Shown here: positions 15,687 through 29,615 of the stretch, in pieces
How positions within the stretch are numbered: position 1 is the first letter of the stretch
Layout: every line of letters starts with the position of its first letter
NCBI RefSeq assembly: GCF_009914755.1
Contig: NC_060925.1
DNA length: 64,000 nucleotides
Direction: 5' to 3' (one strand)
Source of the DNA: the human T2T-CHM13v2.0 reference genome, Homo sapiens
The notes under the pieces: generated by a model
The model's database searches: none
Told to the model about the DNA's origin: nothing
What the model saw: the letters and a program-made list of their open reading frames with translations, nothing else
Translations under genes and position numbers: made by a program

Positions 15687-15881
15687 TAGTGGTATACTAG
15701 AGCTAGCTCATAATGACTCATGGAGAGTCAATGATACATTTCTCTTCCTAGCTCTGTGTTCAGCAACATCATGTTGGGAGCTAGGAATCAGCTATGATGG
15801 GAATATTTACACCACAGAAATTGAAAAATGCCAAAAATTAGGGTTTTTTTTGTTAGAGGGGAATTTATTAGCACCCCACTG
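15687..15881. mobile_element. MER63-like hAT MITE, apparently nested in an old MLT1-type LTR
   Basis: Ends AGTGGTATACT...AGCACCCCACTG form degenerate TIRs. Body resembles MER63. Confidence 0.55.
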
Positions 15882-16686
15882 ACCTGACTTTTCCTAACTG
15901 AAAAGGTACTCAGAAACATAGAATGGCAAAGAAATAGTTGGAGAATATTATTGTTTTCTATGCCATAGGGTGCAAATCTACCTAGAAATTATGTTATTCT
16001 AAAATACCATGCACAGAGTTAGGTACCTGAGAAAGGCGTTGAACTTGGAATAATTGCCATTTAAGTTGCTGTCTACACCTAGGTAAATATCATTTTTTTG
16101 AACCTCTGTTTCTTTGTAGTGCCATAAAATTATCTTTGGACATAACAGGGTTTTAAGAGATAACGTGTGAACATACTTAGCATAATGCATCTAGAAACAT
16201 TTAGTGAATTCTTGATGAGTATAGCATTAGCTGGTCTGAGGAATATCTAAGAAAAAACATCAACACTAGGCATGTGGATGGCTTTCATGTCATTTATTAA
16301 ACCTACAAAACCTACACTTATCACGTGCCAGCTGAGTGACATTCTGTGGGTGATGAATATGAAATAGTTACTGCCTTGAAGGGACTTTCAATGTAGGCAG
16401 GCATTTAACAGGCCTTCTTCGCCTTTAAACTAAGAAGTAAATCCATCTGCAGTAGAGCTGACCAGGAAGATCTAAGCTGAGATCTCAGAGGAGCAAGTAA
16501 TTTTCCGCTGGAGCTCTCCATGGTGCTTGTTCAATTGTCCTTCAGCCTGTCCTGCTCCTTCATTCTTGGCAGTCTCACTCCAATTGAGAAACCTAGACTC
16601 TGGTTCACTCTGCTCCTTCTTTTCCCTTACTGCATTGTAGGTCAAGGCTACCTATTTACAACTTTAGGATACCAATATATTATCTC

Positions 16687-17266
16687 TGTATTAGGGTTCT
16701 CCAGAGGACAGAAATAATAGGATATATACATATATGAAAGGGAGTTTATTAGGAAGAATTGGCTCACACAATCTCAAGTCAAAGTCCCACAATAGGCCAT
16801 CTGCAAGCTGGGGAAGAAAGAAGCCGGTAGTGACTCAGTCCAAGTCCAAAACCCTCAAAAGCAGAGAAGCCGACAGTGAAGCCTTGAGTCTGTGGCCAAA
16901 GGCCCGAGAGCCCCTGGCAAAGCACTGGTGTAAGTCCAAGAGTCCAAAGGCCGAAGAACCTGGAGTCTGTTGTCCAAGGGCAGGAGGAATGGAAGAAAGC
17001 ATCCATCATGGGAGAAAGATGAAATCCAGAAGACTCAGCAAGCCAGCTTATCCCACCTTCTTCCACCTGCTTTGTTCTAACCGTGCTGGCAGCCAGCTAG
17101 ATAGTGCCCACCCACCTTGAGGGGGGTCTTCCTCCTCCAGTTCACTGACTCAAATATCAGTCTCCTTTGGCAACACCCTCACAGATGCACCCAGAAGGAA
17201 TACTTTACCAGCTATCTAGGTATCCTTCAATCCAATCAAGCTGATACCTAATTTTAACGTATCACT
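16687..17266 (-). mobile_element. MLT2 (A2/B-type) solo LTR of HERV-L
   Basis: TGTATTAGGGTTCTCCAGAG...AAGTCCCACAATAGGCCATCTGCAAGCTG...CCTTCAATCCAATCAAG matches the reverse complement of the MLT2 consensus as recalled. Confidence 0.8.
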
Positions 17267-20200
17267 AGTATAACCTCATCTTTGCCAAACCGTGACCTTA
17301 CCTCACATCTGCTCACACTGCAGCAGCCTGTGTATTCCTGACTCAGACCCCTTCACAACTTAATGAACGTGATACTACTCACTCAGAGGAGTAACGTGGC
17401 TCATTATGTACGTTTAGAAATTTTATGAATAAATTGACTTTGAAACACAACTCTTCCTAGCTCAGATAAATCCTGTTCAACATCTAATATCTAGAAAGTT
17501 TCCTGTTATTCTCTGAGACTGAATGCTGCTGCTAGATTTCCCTCTTCTTATCTACAGAAGCCATGAGGTTAGGGTAACTCTGCAGGAGTAATACTTCAAG
17601 ACATTCTGTGGTGGAAAGGTGCTTTTTGTAGCCATATTCTAATTTTAATATAACCCACAGGTTGAATCTAGATGATAAAAAAAGACCAAATAGAAAGACA
17701 TTAAGATAGTAATTTTGGCCTCACTAATTTTAGGACATATATATATATATATAATTTTATTACATTTATAAAAAATTTATTAAAATGGCTAACATAATTT
17801 GGAAGAGAAGGGAAGGGAAAGAAATATGGCTGGACCTCCTCTTTGCTTGACTCAGTTACAGAATTAGCTTAATTTTCTTTGCCCCTCCAAGACCTTGGTG
17901 TCATTTGGTTCTCCTCTAACCCCATCAGGCTCATAACTCATGAGACTCCAAAGTCTTCTCCCAGCACTACTGCAGTTTCCTAAAAGCTTTCTTGCTTATG
18001 TTCTCATTGCCTTCTGATTATTTGTGTTGATTATACCTTTTTGTACTTTGATGCAGGGCAAAACTCAGCCCCTTCAAAATATCACAAGAAATCTAGCAAT
18101 AGCAAGCATTCTGTGAATTTGGTAGATTTACTCGTAGATTTGGGGGCTATGTCAGAAAGCACCTTGTGCTTTTCCTGCTCTTTCCTTGGCCACCACCCCC
18201 TTGCCTCCCCAGTACATTTCTCTGCTTCTTTCCTCTGGATAGTCCCAGAAGTTCCATATAACTCTCCTCCTATTGTGTAAAGCAGTTCAGCATATTTCAA
18301 CATTTACCCTCAAACCAGCATAATTAAATTCATTGAGATCATCATGAGAAACGCGTGGGGTAGCTGTAGAGTTTGGTTTCTGGAGCTTCACCGAGTTCAG
18401 ACTCCAGCTTTGCCACCTGCTGTATCTGTTACTTTGAGCAAGTCACTTAACCTCTCTTATTCATGAAGTGAAGATGGTAATAATACTCTCTCACAGGGAC
18501 TTTTGTGAGGATTAAAAGTGAGAATTTGTATAAAAAATTAAGCTTTATATATAGTGTGCATTTTGTGCACATTAGTGCTTTTTTCTCCTCCCTTTTCCAT
18601 TTATTGGTGGGTTATACCCTCATACACAAAACCTGTTTGTTTCTATTACACTAATATTTTTTAAAGGGAGCTTAGACAAGAAAGAGGTGAAAACAATAGC
18701 TTACTTTAATAGATATCAAACTATTGGCACTTTCTCATGAAGAAATTTATGTGGTGTTTAGTGTTCCTAAAATACTGTTCAAGTATTAGAATTCTTTTCA
18801 GAGAACAATTAAATAATGATAAATGCATGAATTAACATCAGAGGCTATTTTAATACTAAGCTGTTTTAAAAACTTTAAATTAGCTCATTTTTTTTCTTTT
18901 TATTGTATGTTTAAACCAGTGTTAGTTTATTTGGGATGTCCTTTGTTTCCGTTACCCTGGTTAGCCCAGAGTTGGATTAATTGCATATAAAAATGGACTC
19001 ACTTGAAGATATCTTTTATTTACAAACACTTAAATTCATCAAAGACATTCCTACTGTCTACAGTATAGTATAGACACATGAAATTAAGATATTTTGTTAT
19101 TTATTACTCTTCATATTTTAGCAGAGCAAAATACTCTTCATATTTCCTCAGAGAATAGTAAACCTATATTCTTATTTTGCATACTTTATTACTTGGTGTG
19201 GTCTTTGAAGGATCAAAGTTAATTTTTATTACATTAATTTTATATAATTTATAAGGGGCTCCCTCTTCATCAAATCTACTTTAACGTGTTATTTAGTAAT
19301 AGATGTTAACATATTTTCAAACACTTGTATAATTTCTGTTTTTTTTCACTCAGCTATTAAGTACCACATTGTTGAAAACCACCTTTGTTAGTTGATTTAT
19401 GCACAGAACACTTGGCAGATGATTAGCACTTAATAGCAGTCATTTGGCAAATTACGTGTCATATTTGCCCTTAGTAACCTCAACAGCTGTTTCATCATAA
19501 GGGACTTTCTGAGGAGCAAGGCAACTAACAGTAATATATGATGTTAGTGAAAAAATAAAAATTAACTCACCGTAAGATCAAGCATTCTGACTGACTTACA
19601 TGAAATTAGTAGGTGATAGTGTCTTCACTAAAGCTCTACATTATCTAAAGAAATTGACATTAGAATTACCAAAGTTTTATACAACCCTACAGGAAATCCC
19701 TGATTTAAAATTGAGTCATGATCCATAGTTTCCTTTTTTAATTTATTATGTGGAATTCATAACACATATTCATTGACAAATAATGGGATAAGGGTTGTAC
19801 TAAGATCCCTACACTTACACATATAATCTTTTGTAACCTTTATGCAAATGAGCCATAGTAACTAGCTGCATCATTTATGCTAAGAATATAGCAACAGCTT
19901 TCATGATGATGGGTTTTTTTCTTCTTTCTCCCCTTCATTTTACTACCCTTTGAGTTCTTGAGATTCTGCTCAATGAGGAAGAAACATGGTAGCAACAGGG
20001 ACAGATCTTCTCTTCCTTCTTCTCCACATTGCTAAATAACAAGGAGTTGCAGTGATTCAGGGAATATTGCGTAGTTTGCACAGCTCTGGAAGTGGCCCAC
20101 TGGTAACCATGGTGTGTGAATTCATCTGGCTGTCCACCAGATTAAAATGTATATACACAAATACGGCTGTCTACCAGATTAAAATTTATATATATATACT

Positions 20201-21040
20201 TCCAGTGCATTCTGTCATTGCTATAATACCTCAATATGTGCCTTCTCAGTGTTGAGTTTGAAATTGATAATTGGTACATTAGAGTTGTGTGAATTTTTTC
20301 TTTCACTCCCATCTCCTACTTCTACTTAAATGCTGGAATTATGTGGTCATTTTATTTTGAGACAGAATCTTGGTAATCTATGTAATAAAATAATGGTGAA
20401 CTCTTGTTCATAAGTCTTAGGTGGTTTTTGAAATGCAAATTCCTAGACTGCCCTGACCTAATATTCAGATTCAGTAAATCTAGGCTGGAGCTAAGGACTT
20501 TGCATTTTTAATAAATGCTGAGTGCCTTTGCTAGAACACTGCTGAGCTGAGGATGCCAGGTTGCCAAAATCTGAAAATGGTCGGCTCTATTGCTTGCACT
20601 GGCTGCAATGTCCTAGAGGCAAAGAAGAAATAAATATTTTCTAGAATTGAACCTGGATGTATTTGTGGAAGAAGGTTTCAATATTTGCTAAACATCTACT
20701 ATGTTAACAATAGTGACCAAAACAAAGATCCATACCCTCATGGAGCTTTTACAGATTTATTTCCAGCCCATTCACTAGTGACTAAACCCTTACATCTTTT
20801 ATCATTAGGCATGAAACATATTACTGAATTGTTTTTTAGAGCTGTCCCCATGGGGTATGTATTACGAAACTTGCATTTAAAATATAGAATCCTAGTTATG
20901 TTGAGAACATCAGATCAGAGCCTCAGTTTTTGGACATCGATCCTAATTAAATATTGTGCAGTTTCCCATACTGGCGAGGGTTGCATATGACCAGCATACT
21001 GGATCAACTGCTGACCAGGTTTGTCATTAAACATTTTCAG

Positions 21041-21161
21041 ACCTCAAGCAGTGGAAGGCACTCTGTTCGCATTACTGGCCTCAGTACTATTGATTTCCGA
21101 GCTGGCTTTTCTCGAAAGCCCACCCTGGACTTCAAAAAAACAGTCAGCAGACCAGTGCAAG
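21041..21161 (+). CDS. HMCN1: Hemicentin-1 internal exon (probably exon 7), 121 bp
   Basis: ttttcag acceptor, AAG|gtttgt donor. [40 protein letters not shown](G), phase 0 to 1. Confidence 0.93.
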
Positions 21162-21302
21162 GTTTGTATGTGCATATTATTTAAATTGACATAATAGATA
21201 TCCAAATGAAAAATATTTCTCAGACTGTCTATAATTTTATAATTTTGTAGTATTCAATAAAATTGAGAAGCATAGCTTTAAATGTGACTGTTCTCTTGGC
21301 CT

Positions 21303-21495
21303 AATCACTTTCTCAAAGTGTAATCCCAAGACCACTGATATAAAAATCACTCAGGATGCTTGTTAAAAATTAAGATTCCTGGACCCCACTCCAGATCTCC
21401 TGAATTAGAACCATGGAAGGTAGGGCCCAGGAATATGTACTTTAGTGAGCACCTCAGTTTATTCTTACACTTACTAAATTCTGAGAATTACTAAC
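21303..21495. mobile_element. MER5A-like hAT-Charlie MITE
   Basis: TTTCTCAAAGTG...CTTGTTAAAAAT..AGATTCCTGG.CCCCAC.CCAGA...TGAGAATTACT palindromic MER5 pattern. Confidence 0.65.
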
Positions 21496-22051
21496 CCAGA
21501 TCTTGAGATTTTTTTCCTTACCGAAATCTATAAATTACCTATTGTCAAGGTAAAATGTGTGTATATAGCTGAAAAATTAAACACGTCACATATCATTGTA
21601 TTTCAAAGATAAAATTATTGATTTTTAAACCTTGTCCTCCTCTCATTTTATTCATACATTGAGATTTATAGTTTTCTAGCTGAAAAGAAGCTTAACTATA
21701 ATGTAACAGTTAAAATTTGTTCATTTATTTTTATTGCTGCATTTTCTGGAAAGATACAAAATAATTTATCTTTAAAAGTATTCATGTGATCAAACATATA
21801 ACAATTTTCACGATTCTAATTTTTTTTACATGTAAACATAGTTAAAATACTATAAAAGTTATTTCTTAGGATTTCCTAAGTTTCTCTGGTCATGCATAAA
21901 CTGTCTTTTATGTAGAAACAGTTCTGCAACTGATCCAGAAATTGTAGGCATCCTTATGGTACTCATATATTATTATCATGCAAATACTTATTTGATATAT
22001 AACTTCAATTGCTTGTTTCTTGTAAATGATAACAAAATCTTTCTCTTGTAG

Positions 22052-22315
22052 GAATACCTACCTATGTACTGCTCAATACTTCTGGAATTTCCACTCCAGC
22101 TAGAATAGATCTTCTTGAACTTTTGAGTATCTCAGGAAGTTCTCTTAAGACTATTCCTGTTAAATATTACCCACATCGAAAACCTTATGGCATATGGAAT
22201 ATTTCTGACTTTGTACCACCAAATGAAGCTTTCTTTCTCAAAGTAACAGGCTATGATAAAGATGATTACCTCTTCCAGAGAGTATCAAGTGTTTCCTTTT
22301 CTAGTATTGTCCCAG
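22052..22315 (+). CDS. HMCN1: Hemicentin-1 internal exon (probably exon 8), 264 bp
   Basis: cttgtag acceptor, CAG|gtgaga donor. (G)IPTYVLLNTSGISTPARIDLLELLSISGSSLKTIPVKYYPHRKPYGIWNISDFVPPNEAFFLKVTGYDKDDYLFQRVSSVSFSSIVP(D), phase 1 to 1. Confidence 0.94.
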
Positions 22316-22859
22316 GTGAGACATCATTTTATTCAACATTGAAATATTGACAGTTTAAGAGGGTGATGTTGTCCCATAGGTAAATAACGGACTATCAAAT
22401 AAAAAATAATGTCTTCATATTATTACTGCATCACCAAATTGATGGATATTTACATGTACGGTAACACAGTTTTTCTTAGCTGTTAAATAGCACATCCAAA
22501 GTTTCATGTTAAGTCTCACTGATTGCAGATCTGAGAATTTTGATTAGTCAGTGTAAGAGCTGGAACTGGAAAATTCTGGTACTATCTTTTCCCCTAAAAA
22601 AGCCAGGCAGATATATTTGCTTAAACTATCTAAATTGGCTAAATGTTTATATACAATTGTCAGAAACTTTCTGCTCCATAGATGGTAGTTCATAGTAAAC
22701 AACAGGTGATCACTGCCTTTATTTGTCTAGTTGATTAGTTAGCTAGTTAATTGTACATTTGCTACTATGTAGAGAGGAGATTACAGGTGAGATATTATTT
22801 GGAAGCATCAGGTAGCATTTCAGCTTAGCTGTACTTGAGCTATTTTTCAAGGCTCATGA

Positions 22860-23081
<222 letters not shown>

Positions 23082-23702
23082 TAAAATTGTATAGTACTAT
23101 TAGTGCTATTAGGTGGAGGGACGAAAATTTATCATTTATACATAAGATAGTGATTTGGGAAATTCAGGAACAATTCTATAGCTATTGTTGAATAGTTGTA
23201 GAGTGGTAAGAATAGAACCAACCTCAATATTTCCTCATATACGATATTCAAATTTGGCTTAGCCCCTAATTTGCTACAAAATCTGATGGATTCCTAAAAG
23301 TCATTTTTTACATTTATTTTGGAAAAACAATTTGATTCTGAGATATGTGGGTTCTTAAGTTTTTGAAATAAAAACATATTCTAAAATTGATATATTGTTG
23401 CTTATTTGGTAGTATTTTTTCTATCTTGGTGGTACAAAAAAATACTATGTCTTAAAAACTATGATGTCTTAGATTCAATGAATACTGTAGTAAGGGGCTC
23501 ATAAAGATATCCAGAAATCAACCAATTTTGAACAAATAAAGATAGAAAAAGTAATTTTTAGTGATCTGGGTTAATTGGAATGCAGAGGATTTACTGGAAT
23601 AATTTAAGTATAAAGATTTTGAATGGATTAAGAGGCAGTACTTAACATCATTGTGACCTTCTTGCTTAAGTTTTTTGTTTTTGTTTTTGTTTTTTTTCCT
23701 AG

Positions 23703-23847
23703 ATGCTCCCAAAGTTACGATGCCTGAGAAAACCCCAGGATACTATCTGCAGCCGGGCCAAATTCCCTGCTCTGTTGACAGTCTTTTGCCCTTTACCTTG
23801 AGCTTTGTCAGAAATGGAGTTACACTTGGAGTAGACCAGTATTTGAA
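23703..23847 (+). CDS. HMCN1: Hemicentin-1 internal exon (probably exon 9), 145 bp, first half of Ig domain 1
   Basis: Long T-rich tract + cctag acceptor, GAA|gtaggt donor. (D)APKVTMPEKTPGYYLQPGQIPCSVDSLLPFTLSFVRNGVTLGVDQYL(K), phase 1 to 2. Confidence 0.9.
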
Positions 23848-26800
23848 GTAGGTACATGTTTCTGTCAGTAATAAGATTCAGCATTTAACATGTAAATATA
23901 AATAGACTATTATTGCAGTGTACTTTTTCACTGAAAATTCTCACTTGCTACATAGTCTGGAATATAGCAGTGAACAAAATGGACACAAATCTGTGCCGTT
24001 GTGGAGCTTATATTGTCATAGATGGAGACAGTAAACAGAAGCTAAATATAATAATATAATAAATGCTTGAACATATTCAAATGTTGACTCATGTGTTATA
24101 GAATCTGAATGTTTTTTAATTTGTGGGTCTGTTCTTAAGACAAATACAGAATTATGAAAATGATGTTAAGTACAAAATCTTGAAAGGAGACCTTGCAAAT
24201 GAGAGGTCCTGAAGCTTTAGCTTTATTGGCTTCATGGTAAAAGTGTTTCTGAATCTGATTTAAAGTGTTATGATAAGTGAATCTGGTAAGTGTAGAGCGG
24301 GTTAGTTGGGTTGAATAATGCCGGTAGGTGGAGTGGATGTAGCATTGGCCAATTTGAAATCCTAAAATTCAGAGTAAGGGGCATTGGAGCAAAGACATAA
24401 AGATGCCAAGAAAGATGATCAAAAAGGTATCCAGAGAAGGGTATTCAAACACCAGGAAGAGCAAGTGCAAATGCATGAAGGCTGGAGTGGACTGGGCATG
24501 TGGGAAAGACAGACAGGAGGAGGCCAGTATGGCTGAAGCCCATTGAGCCAGGAGGAGAAGGGGAGCAGAGAAGGTCAGAGAGGCATGGTCTGTGCTGCAG
24601 GTGAGTGACAGGTGGGTCACAGCAGGTGTGGCACCTGCATATAACAATCAGCAGGAGTAGGCTAGAGGCACCGACTTTTCCTTGTGAAGTTGGGTAACTT
24701 TTTTAGACAAATACTAGTAATTTCATGATAAAAACTAAGCAAACCTTGAAAACTGGAGAAAAATATTTCTGGAAAGTGTTGCCTTTTAACTTACTGTGAA
24801 ACAAACAACATTTTGGGAAAATCTCTGGGAATTATTGTTTTATCAGACTTTTATACTGTTAATTCAATATCAACATAACTTCCATAAGATGTTAAATGTT
24901 TGACAGTCTCAGCTTATACAATCGCTTTATGGGGAGTCATTTTAATCAAAAATTTATGGCAGGAATATTCATCATAACTAGGACATTTTCTACTCTTAAA
25001 GATTAAACTGTATTATTTCCTGCCCCTTACATAGTATATCTTAATGATTTATTTAGCTGTGTATTTAATAACCAGCAACGTAATTGACCGGGATATAAAA
25101 TGATGAAGCTACATAACTAGCTGGTGAAATCAAATAATTCTGTTTTATGTTTAAACAGTAACATTTTTCAAAGACACATGAGATTCTTTAGAAACATTAA
25201 TTCATTAATTCCACACAGTTCCTGGGAGGTAAGCCATGAGAATTCTTTTTCTCATTTTTCCAGCTCTGTGGCCCAGAGATATGACATGCTTTGCTGACAT
25301 GTATTAAGCTCTTTGGATGTGACAAGTTAGAGACAAAATTAGGCATGAGTGATGATAGACTGATACCCTAATCCTGATTCACTCTCATGTCCCTGCCCTA
25401 GATTTCCTAATAACATGAAACATGTGACTTAATGTTTGTTTATGTCAGTCACTTTGGTCACCAGGGGATGTAAGAGAGAATCCGTTTGCATTAGCAGCAG
25501 GGTGCATTTTTATTTGACGTGTTCTTTTCCGTATTCCAAAGTCTACCCTTCAAAACTTTTTTAATTATGTCCACATAGTGCTTAATGTCAACTGAGAAGG
25601 CTCCATGAAAAAGGGAATTATTTTCATGTAACATTTCATCATCAAGAAAGGAACAAGTATAACTGTAAAGAACATTCTTCAAGCATTTAGTAAACTGGTT
25701 GTATGTCTTTGGACAAATTACTTGTCCTTTCTGTATCTCAACTTTCTCATTTTTAAAAAGGGATTCAGAACCCAAAGAATCGTCAGTTTCTGTTCTAAAA
25801 TTTCCATCAATCTGTTTTTGATGAATTCTAATGTATGCTCAGCTTTTAAGTAGGCACTGAAGAAAACACCAAAGATGTATGTATTCCAAACCCCTACCTT
25901 GCTGAAACTTACCAGTACCTCCTAGATGATGACATTTACAAATTTGTGCTTAGTATACTCCTGTTAAGCATCGAAGATACAGCTTACATGATCAGTGTGG
26001 TATGGAGTCAAGCAGTATTCTGCTTTTATTCTGAAAGTGACAAGAAGAACCACTGGCATGTAGTGCCTACAGAATTGAAAGGAAGCAATGTTTAACTAAA
26101 GTGAATTTTCTCAGCTACTAAAACATATGGATCAATGACCTTGCTTTGTTTCTCACTTTCCTAAGGCACAGAAACCTGTTTTAACTTTTTCTTACAAACC
26201 CTAGTTGTACCAAATACGAGTTAAGAGCTCAGTAAGTTCTTCATGGTTTTTTGATGATAAGTATGGTGTGTTTGGATGGGGAGCGATCTAGAGATATCAC
26301 CATAAGGTATTATATTTTATACCACTTTCAGAATTCAGTGGTAAGTCTCTTGACTGCAGTGGGCTTTTTGCCTTATCTATATCTTGATTTTTTTAAGGTT
26401 ATAAGTAGCTATAGATGATACGGGAGAAAAAATTATGAAAACATTTTTGACATTTCAGCCACACTTTAAAACAGGATAATGCCTATTTTTGTAGATCATC
26501 GAGCTCTTTGAAACAGATTAAATATCTATTACTAAGATACTTCCGGAAAATGAGAAATAATTTGAACAGTGTTAGAGGGCAAATAATAAATATTTATTAA
26601 ATGAATGAATACATAATATAGTAGAGGGATTTTTTTAACCTACATGATAGAGTTTAACTATAAAACTGATCATTTGTTTTCATTTCTCATTGTGTATGTA
26701 GGTTGAATGATATATGGCCTTATATCTTATCTAAGTGGAGCTTATCTAAAAGAAAGTTAAGGAGAATTTATCTTCTTAGAATCAAAAAGTAGATTTCCTA

Positions 26801-27201
26801 CCTTCAAATTTGTATATTGCCTAATTAAATTGCTTTGTCTAAGATTCCTACTGACATGACCAAAAACTGGAAAAAATAAAAGCAGAGAGGATTAATGAAT
26901 ATTTCTTTGCCAGCTCTGTTATCTTATATTTTGACATAGCTAGAAAATATTTCTCTAAATAAATTTTCAATCTCTATAATTATTGTTTATGTTGTGTCTT
27001 TTGCTCAGAGTAGAAAAGCCTCATTTTCTAGTAAAATATAAATGGTGTGTCATTTTAAGTTAAAAAGAACTCTGCAGTTTTATCAATTTATTTTCTTTAC
27101 ATTGTTCTTTTGAATGAACCTTCAAAAGAAATAGTTAATCATTGCTTTCAACTTGGTCTTATTTTATAGTAACTAAAAGTTTTCCATTTTCTTACCTCCA
27201 G

Positions 27202-27323
27202 AGAATCTGCCAGTGTGAACTTAGATATTGCAAAGGTCACTTTGTCTGACGAAGGTTTCTATGAATGCATTGCTGTCAGCAGTGCAGGTACTGGACGGGC
27301 ACAGACATTTTTTGACGTATCAG
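27202..27323 (+). CDS. HMCN1: Hemicentin-1 internal exon (probably exon 10), 122 bp, second half of Ig domain 1
   Basis: ctccag acceptor, CAG|gtaatt donor. (K)ESASVNLDIAKVTLSDEGFYECIAVSSAGTGRAQTFFDVS(E) with the DxGxYxC Ig motif, phase 2 to 1. Confidence 0.93.
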
Positions 27324-29564
27324 GTAATTACCACTAATTTCTTTGCAGTTGCCCAAGTATTAATGCAGCTATGGAAATGGGATGTTTGTTAACCAGTTTG
27401 TGTTTATACAATTGTCTTTGCGATTATTTTATTATTGTCTATCTCTCCACTGAATTGAGAACTCAAATCCTGTGCTCACCATGTATCAGATACATGACTC
27501 TCCTTGGGCTAATTGTTTAAGAACTCAATGCCTTGGTTTCCCTAACTGTAAAAAAAAGCATAATAACAAGAACCGTCTCATGGGGAAACTGTGAGGATTA
27601 AATGATATGTAATATATGCAAGGCACTTAGAAGAGAGTCTGCCACAGAGAAGCACTTAATAGACATTAGTGATTATTATTATTGTTATTATCATTATTGT
27701 CAGGGATTATTAATGAATAGTTTTTGAAATGATCATATAGCATTTTCCCGTGAGAAAATAAAGTTTAAGTGAAGGATCTATTCTAATCAATACAAGGTTA
27801 AATGTTCCCTTTTCCTCTTCCATATTCATAATGAGCAGAGCACTTTTATGAATAGATTCTGACATTTAAATGGAAGATAATAATGAAAATGATTACATTC
27901 TAAGAACACAGGACCTCAGTGGCTACAATATTCGCACTAAGACGGGCAGAAGTAATGCTAATTATTTTACATTCAGATAGTATGTTTCCTATGAATAGAT
28001 GGGAGATATAGTTCATATTATTTTATATACATTAAAGTGAAAAAAATAATTTTTCCTCACATAATTTTCAGGGGAAAAAAGACTACCATTTATAATCAAT
28101 GATCAGGATTAAGCCATTTACTCAGCATTTATCTATAATTGGAAATTTTGTTTTGGCTGAATGATTTTCTACCTGCCTTGTGGACTAGTGTTGCTATGTG
28201 TTTAACTGTAACCTATTCTGACCTATATATTGCTGCTGTTGAATTTATTACAATGTCTATATTGCTTTTAGTGCTGATGTGCATTTTCTTCAGACAATTT
28301 AAGACAAAGGAAGCTTATAATTATAGGTATATCATATATTTAGAAGTCTAGGATTTGTTGTTCACTATCAGTAAGTTTAAGGTGAACCTTAAAGCAGAAG
28401 CATGCAAGTCAGACAAGCATGTTCTTGCAGTTAAACTATTTGTATTCTCTTACTGCTAGAAAAATAAAGTTTGTCTTCTGAAACAATTTAGCAAGTTGAC
28501 ATACATCACAAACTATTCATTTTTTCATGTCCAGTAATTATGAAAAGCATTGGAGTCATGTCAACATTCCTCAGCTCCTGGGAAAACAAACACTTGAACA
28601 CTTGAGTATTTTTCCCAGCAATACTTTTTAGGAGAAGGACAACAAGGAAAGAGGTTTGAGTGAGTTGATTCAGACATCTTGCATAAATAACTGGGAAGTG
28701 CCAGGAAGAACTTGTGAACTGACTGTCATGAATTGGGCTTGACGGTGTCAGGAACTTCCATATGTATATTCTACACATGCCCTTCTAGTAGCCATCTGTG
28801 ATCTGTGCCAGCCAGGCAATGGAATAACTAGGAAATTGTACTGTGCCCAAGCTGATTTTCAGGAATTGTTTTCCACTCAGTCAATTTAAAAAGAATACGG
28901 TGGAAATGGTGATGGCAAGGGCAATGACTATAACAGCAGAAGTCACAAGTGAGTGCCCCTTTGAACTTGAAAGAGAGGACCTTTTTTTTCTGGGTTAGCT
29001 GTTGCCTAGTACACCAGCCTTTAAGCTCCACTCACTTCTGAATTTCCCTTAGCCTAGGCTGAGGTCCCAGCTCAGCCACCCCACTGTAACTACTTATCAG
29101 CACACTGGAATCAGGTGCAAATTCACAGGATAATTCGATCTTATATTTTTAAAGGGATATTAGGAAATAAAGCATTATTTAATACTAATATTCTCATGCC
29201 ATTATGGATATTATTTTATTTTATAAAGTCAAGGAACACCCAAGAGCAGTTTAAAGAAAAGCCCAAGTTCTACCAATATGTCGCCTCAATTTTTGCCAGC
29301 ACTTTTTTTCTAGTTGACGTGTTTGAGGACTTTTGGTTCAATTGAAATGTTGGTTATTGGGTTATTGATTGTTTTAAATGCACAACAGGTGTAGAAAGCA
29401 ATGTTCTTCTCTTTTATTGAATATAAACACATAGAATCTAATGAATAAAACTGCAGAAGCATGAAAAACTTATTCTTTTCATTACATTTGGTAGTTTAGT
29501 TTGATACTAAGTTATATTAATTATCTGTACTGAATTGTTTTACTAACACAATGACTTTCACCCA

Positions 29565-29566
<2 letters not shown>

Positions 29567-29608
<42 letters not shown>
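29567..29608. repeat. (AC)21 microsatellite
   Basis: Perfect dinucleotide run. Confidence 0.95.

Positions 29609-29615
<7 letters not shown>

Noticed and set aside
16734-17120. 128-aa ATG ORF
   Set aside because: It lies wholly within the MLT2 LTR, has no domain-like motif and no splice context.
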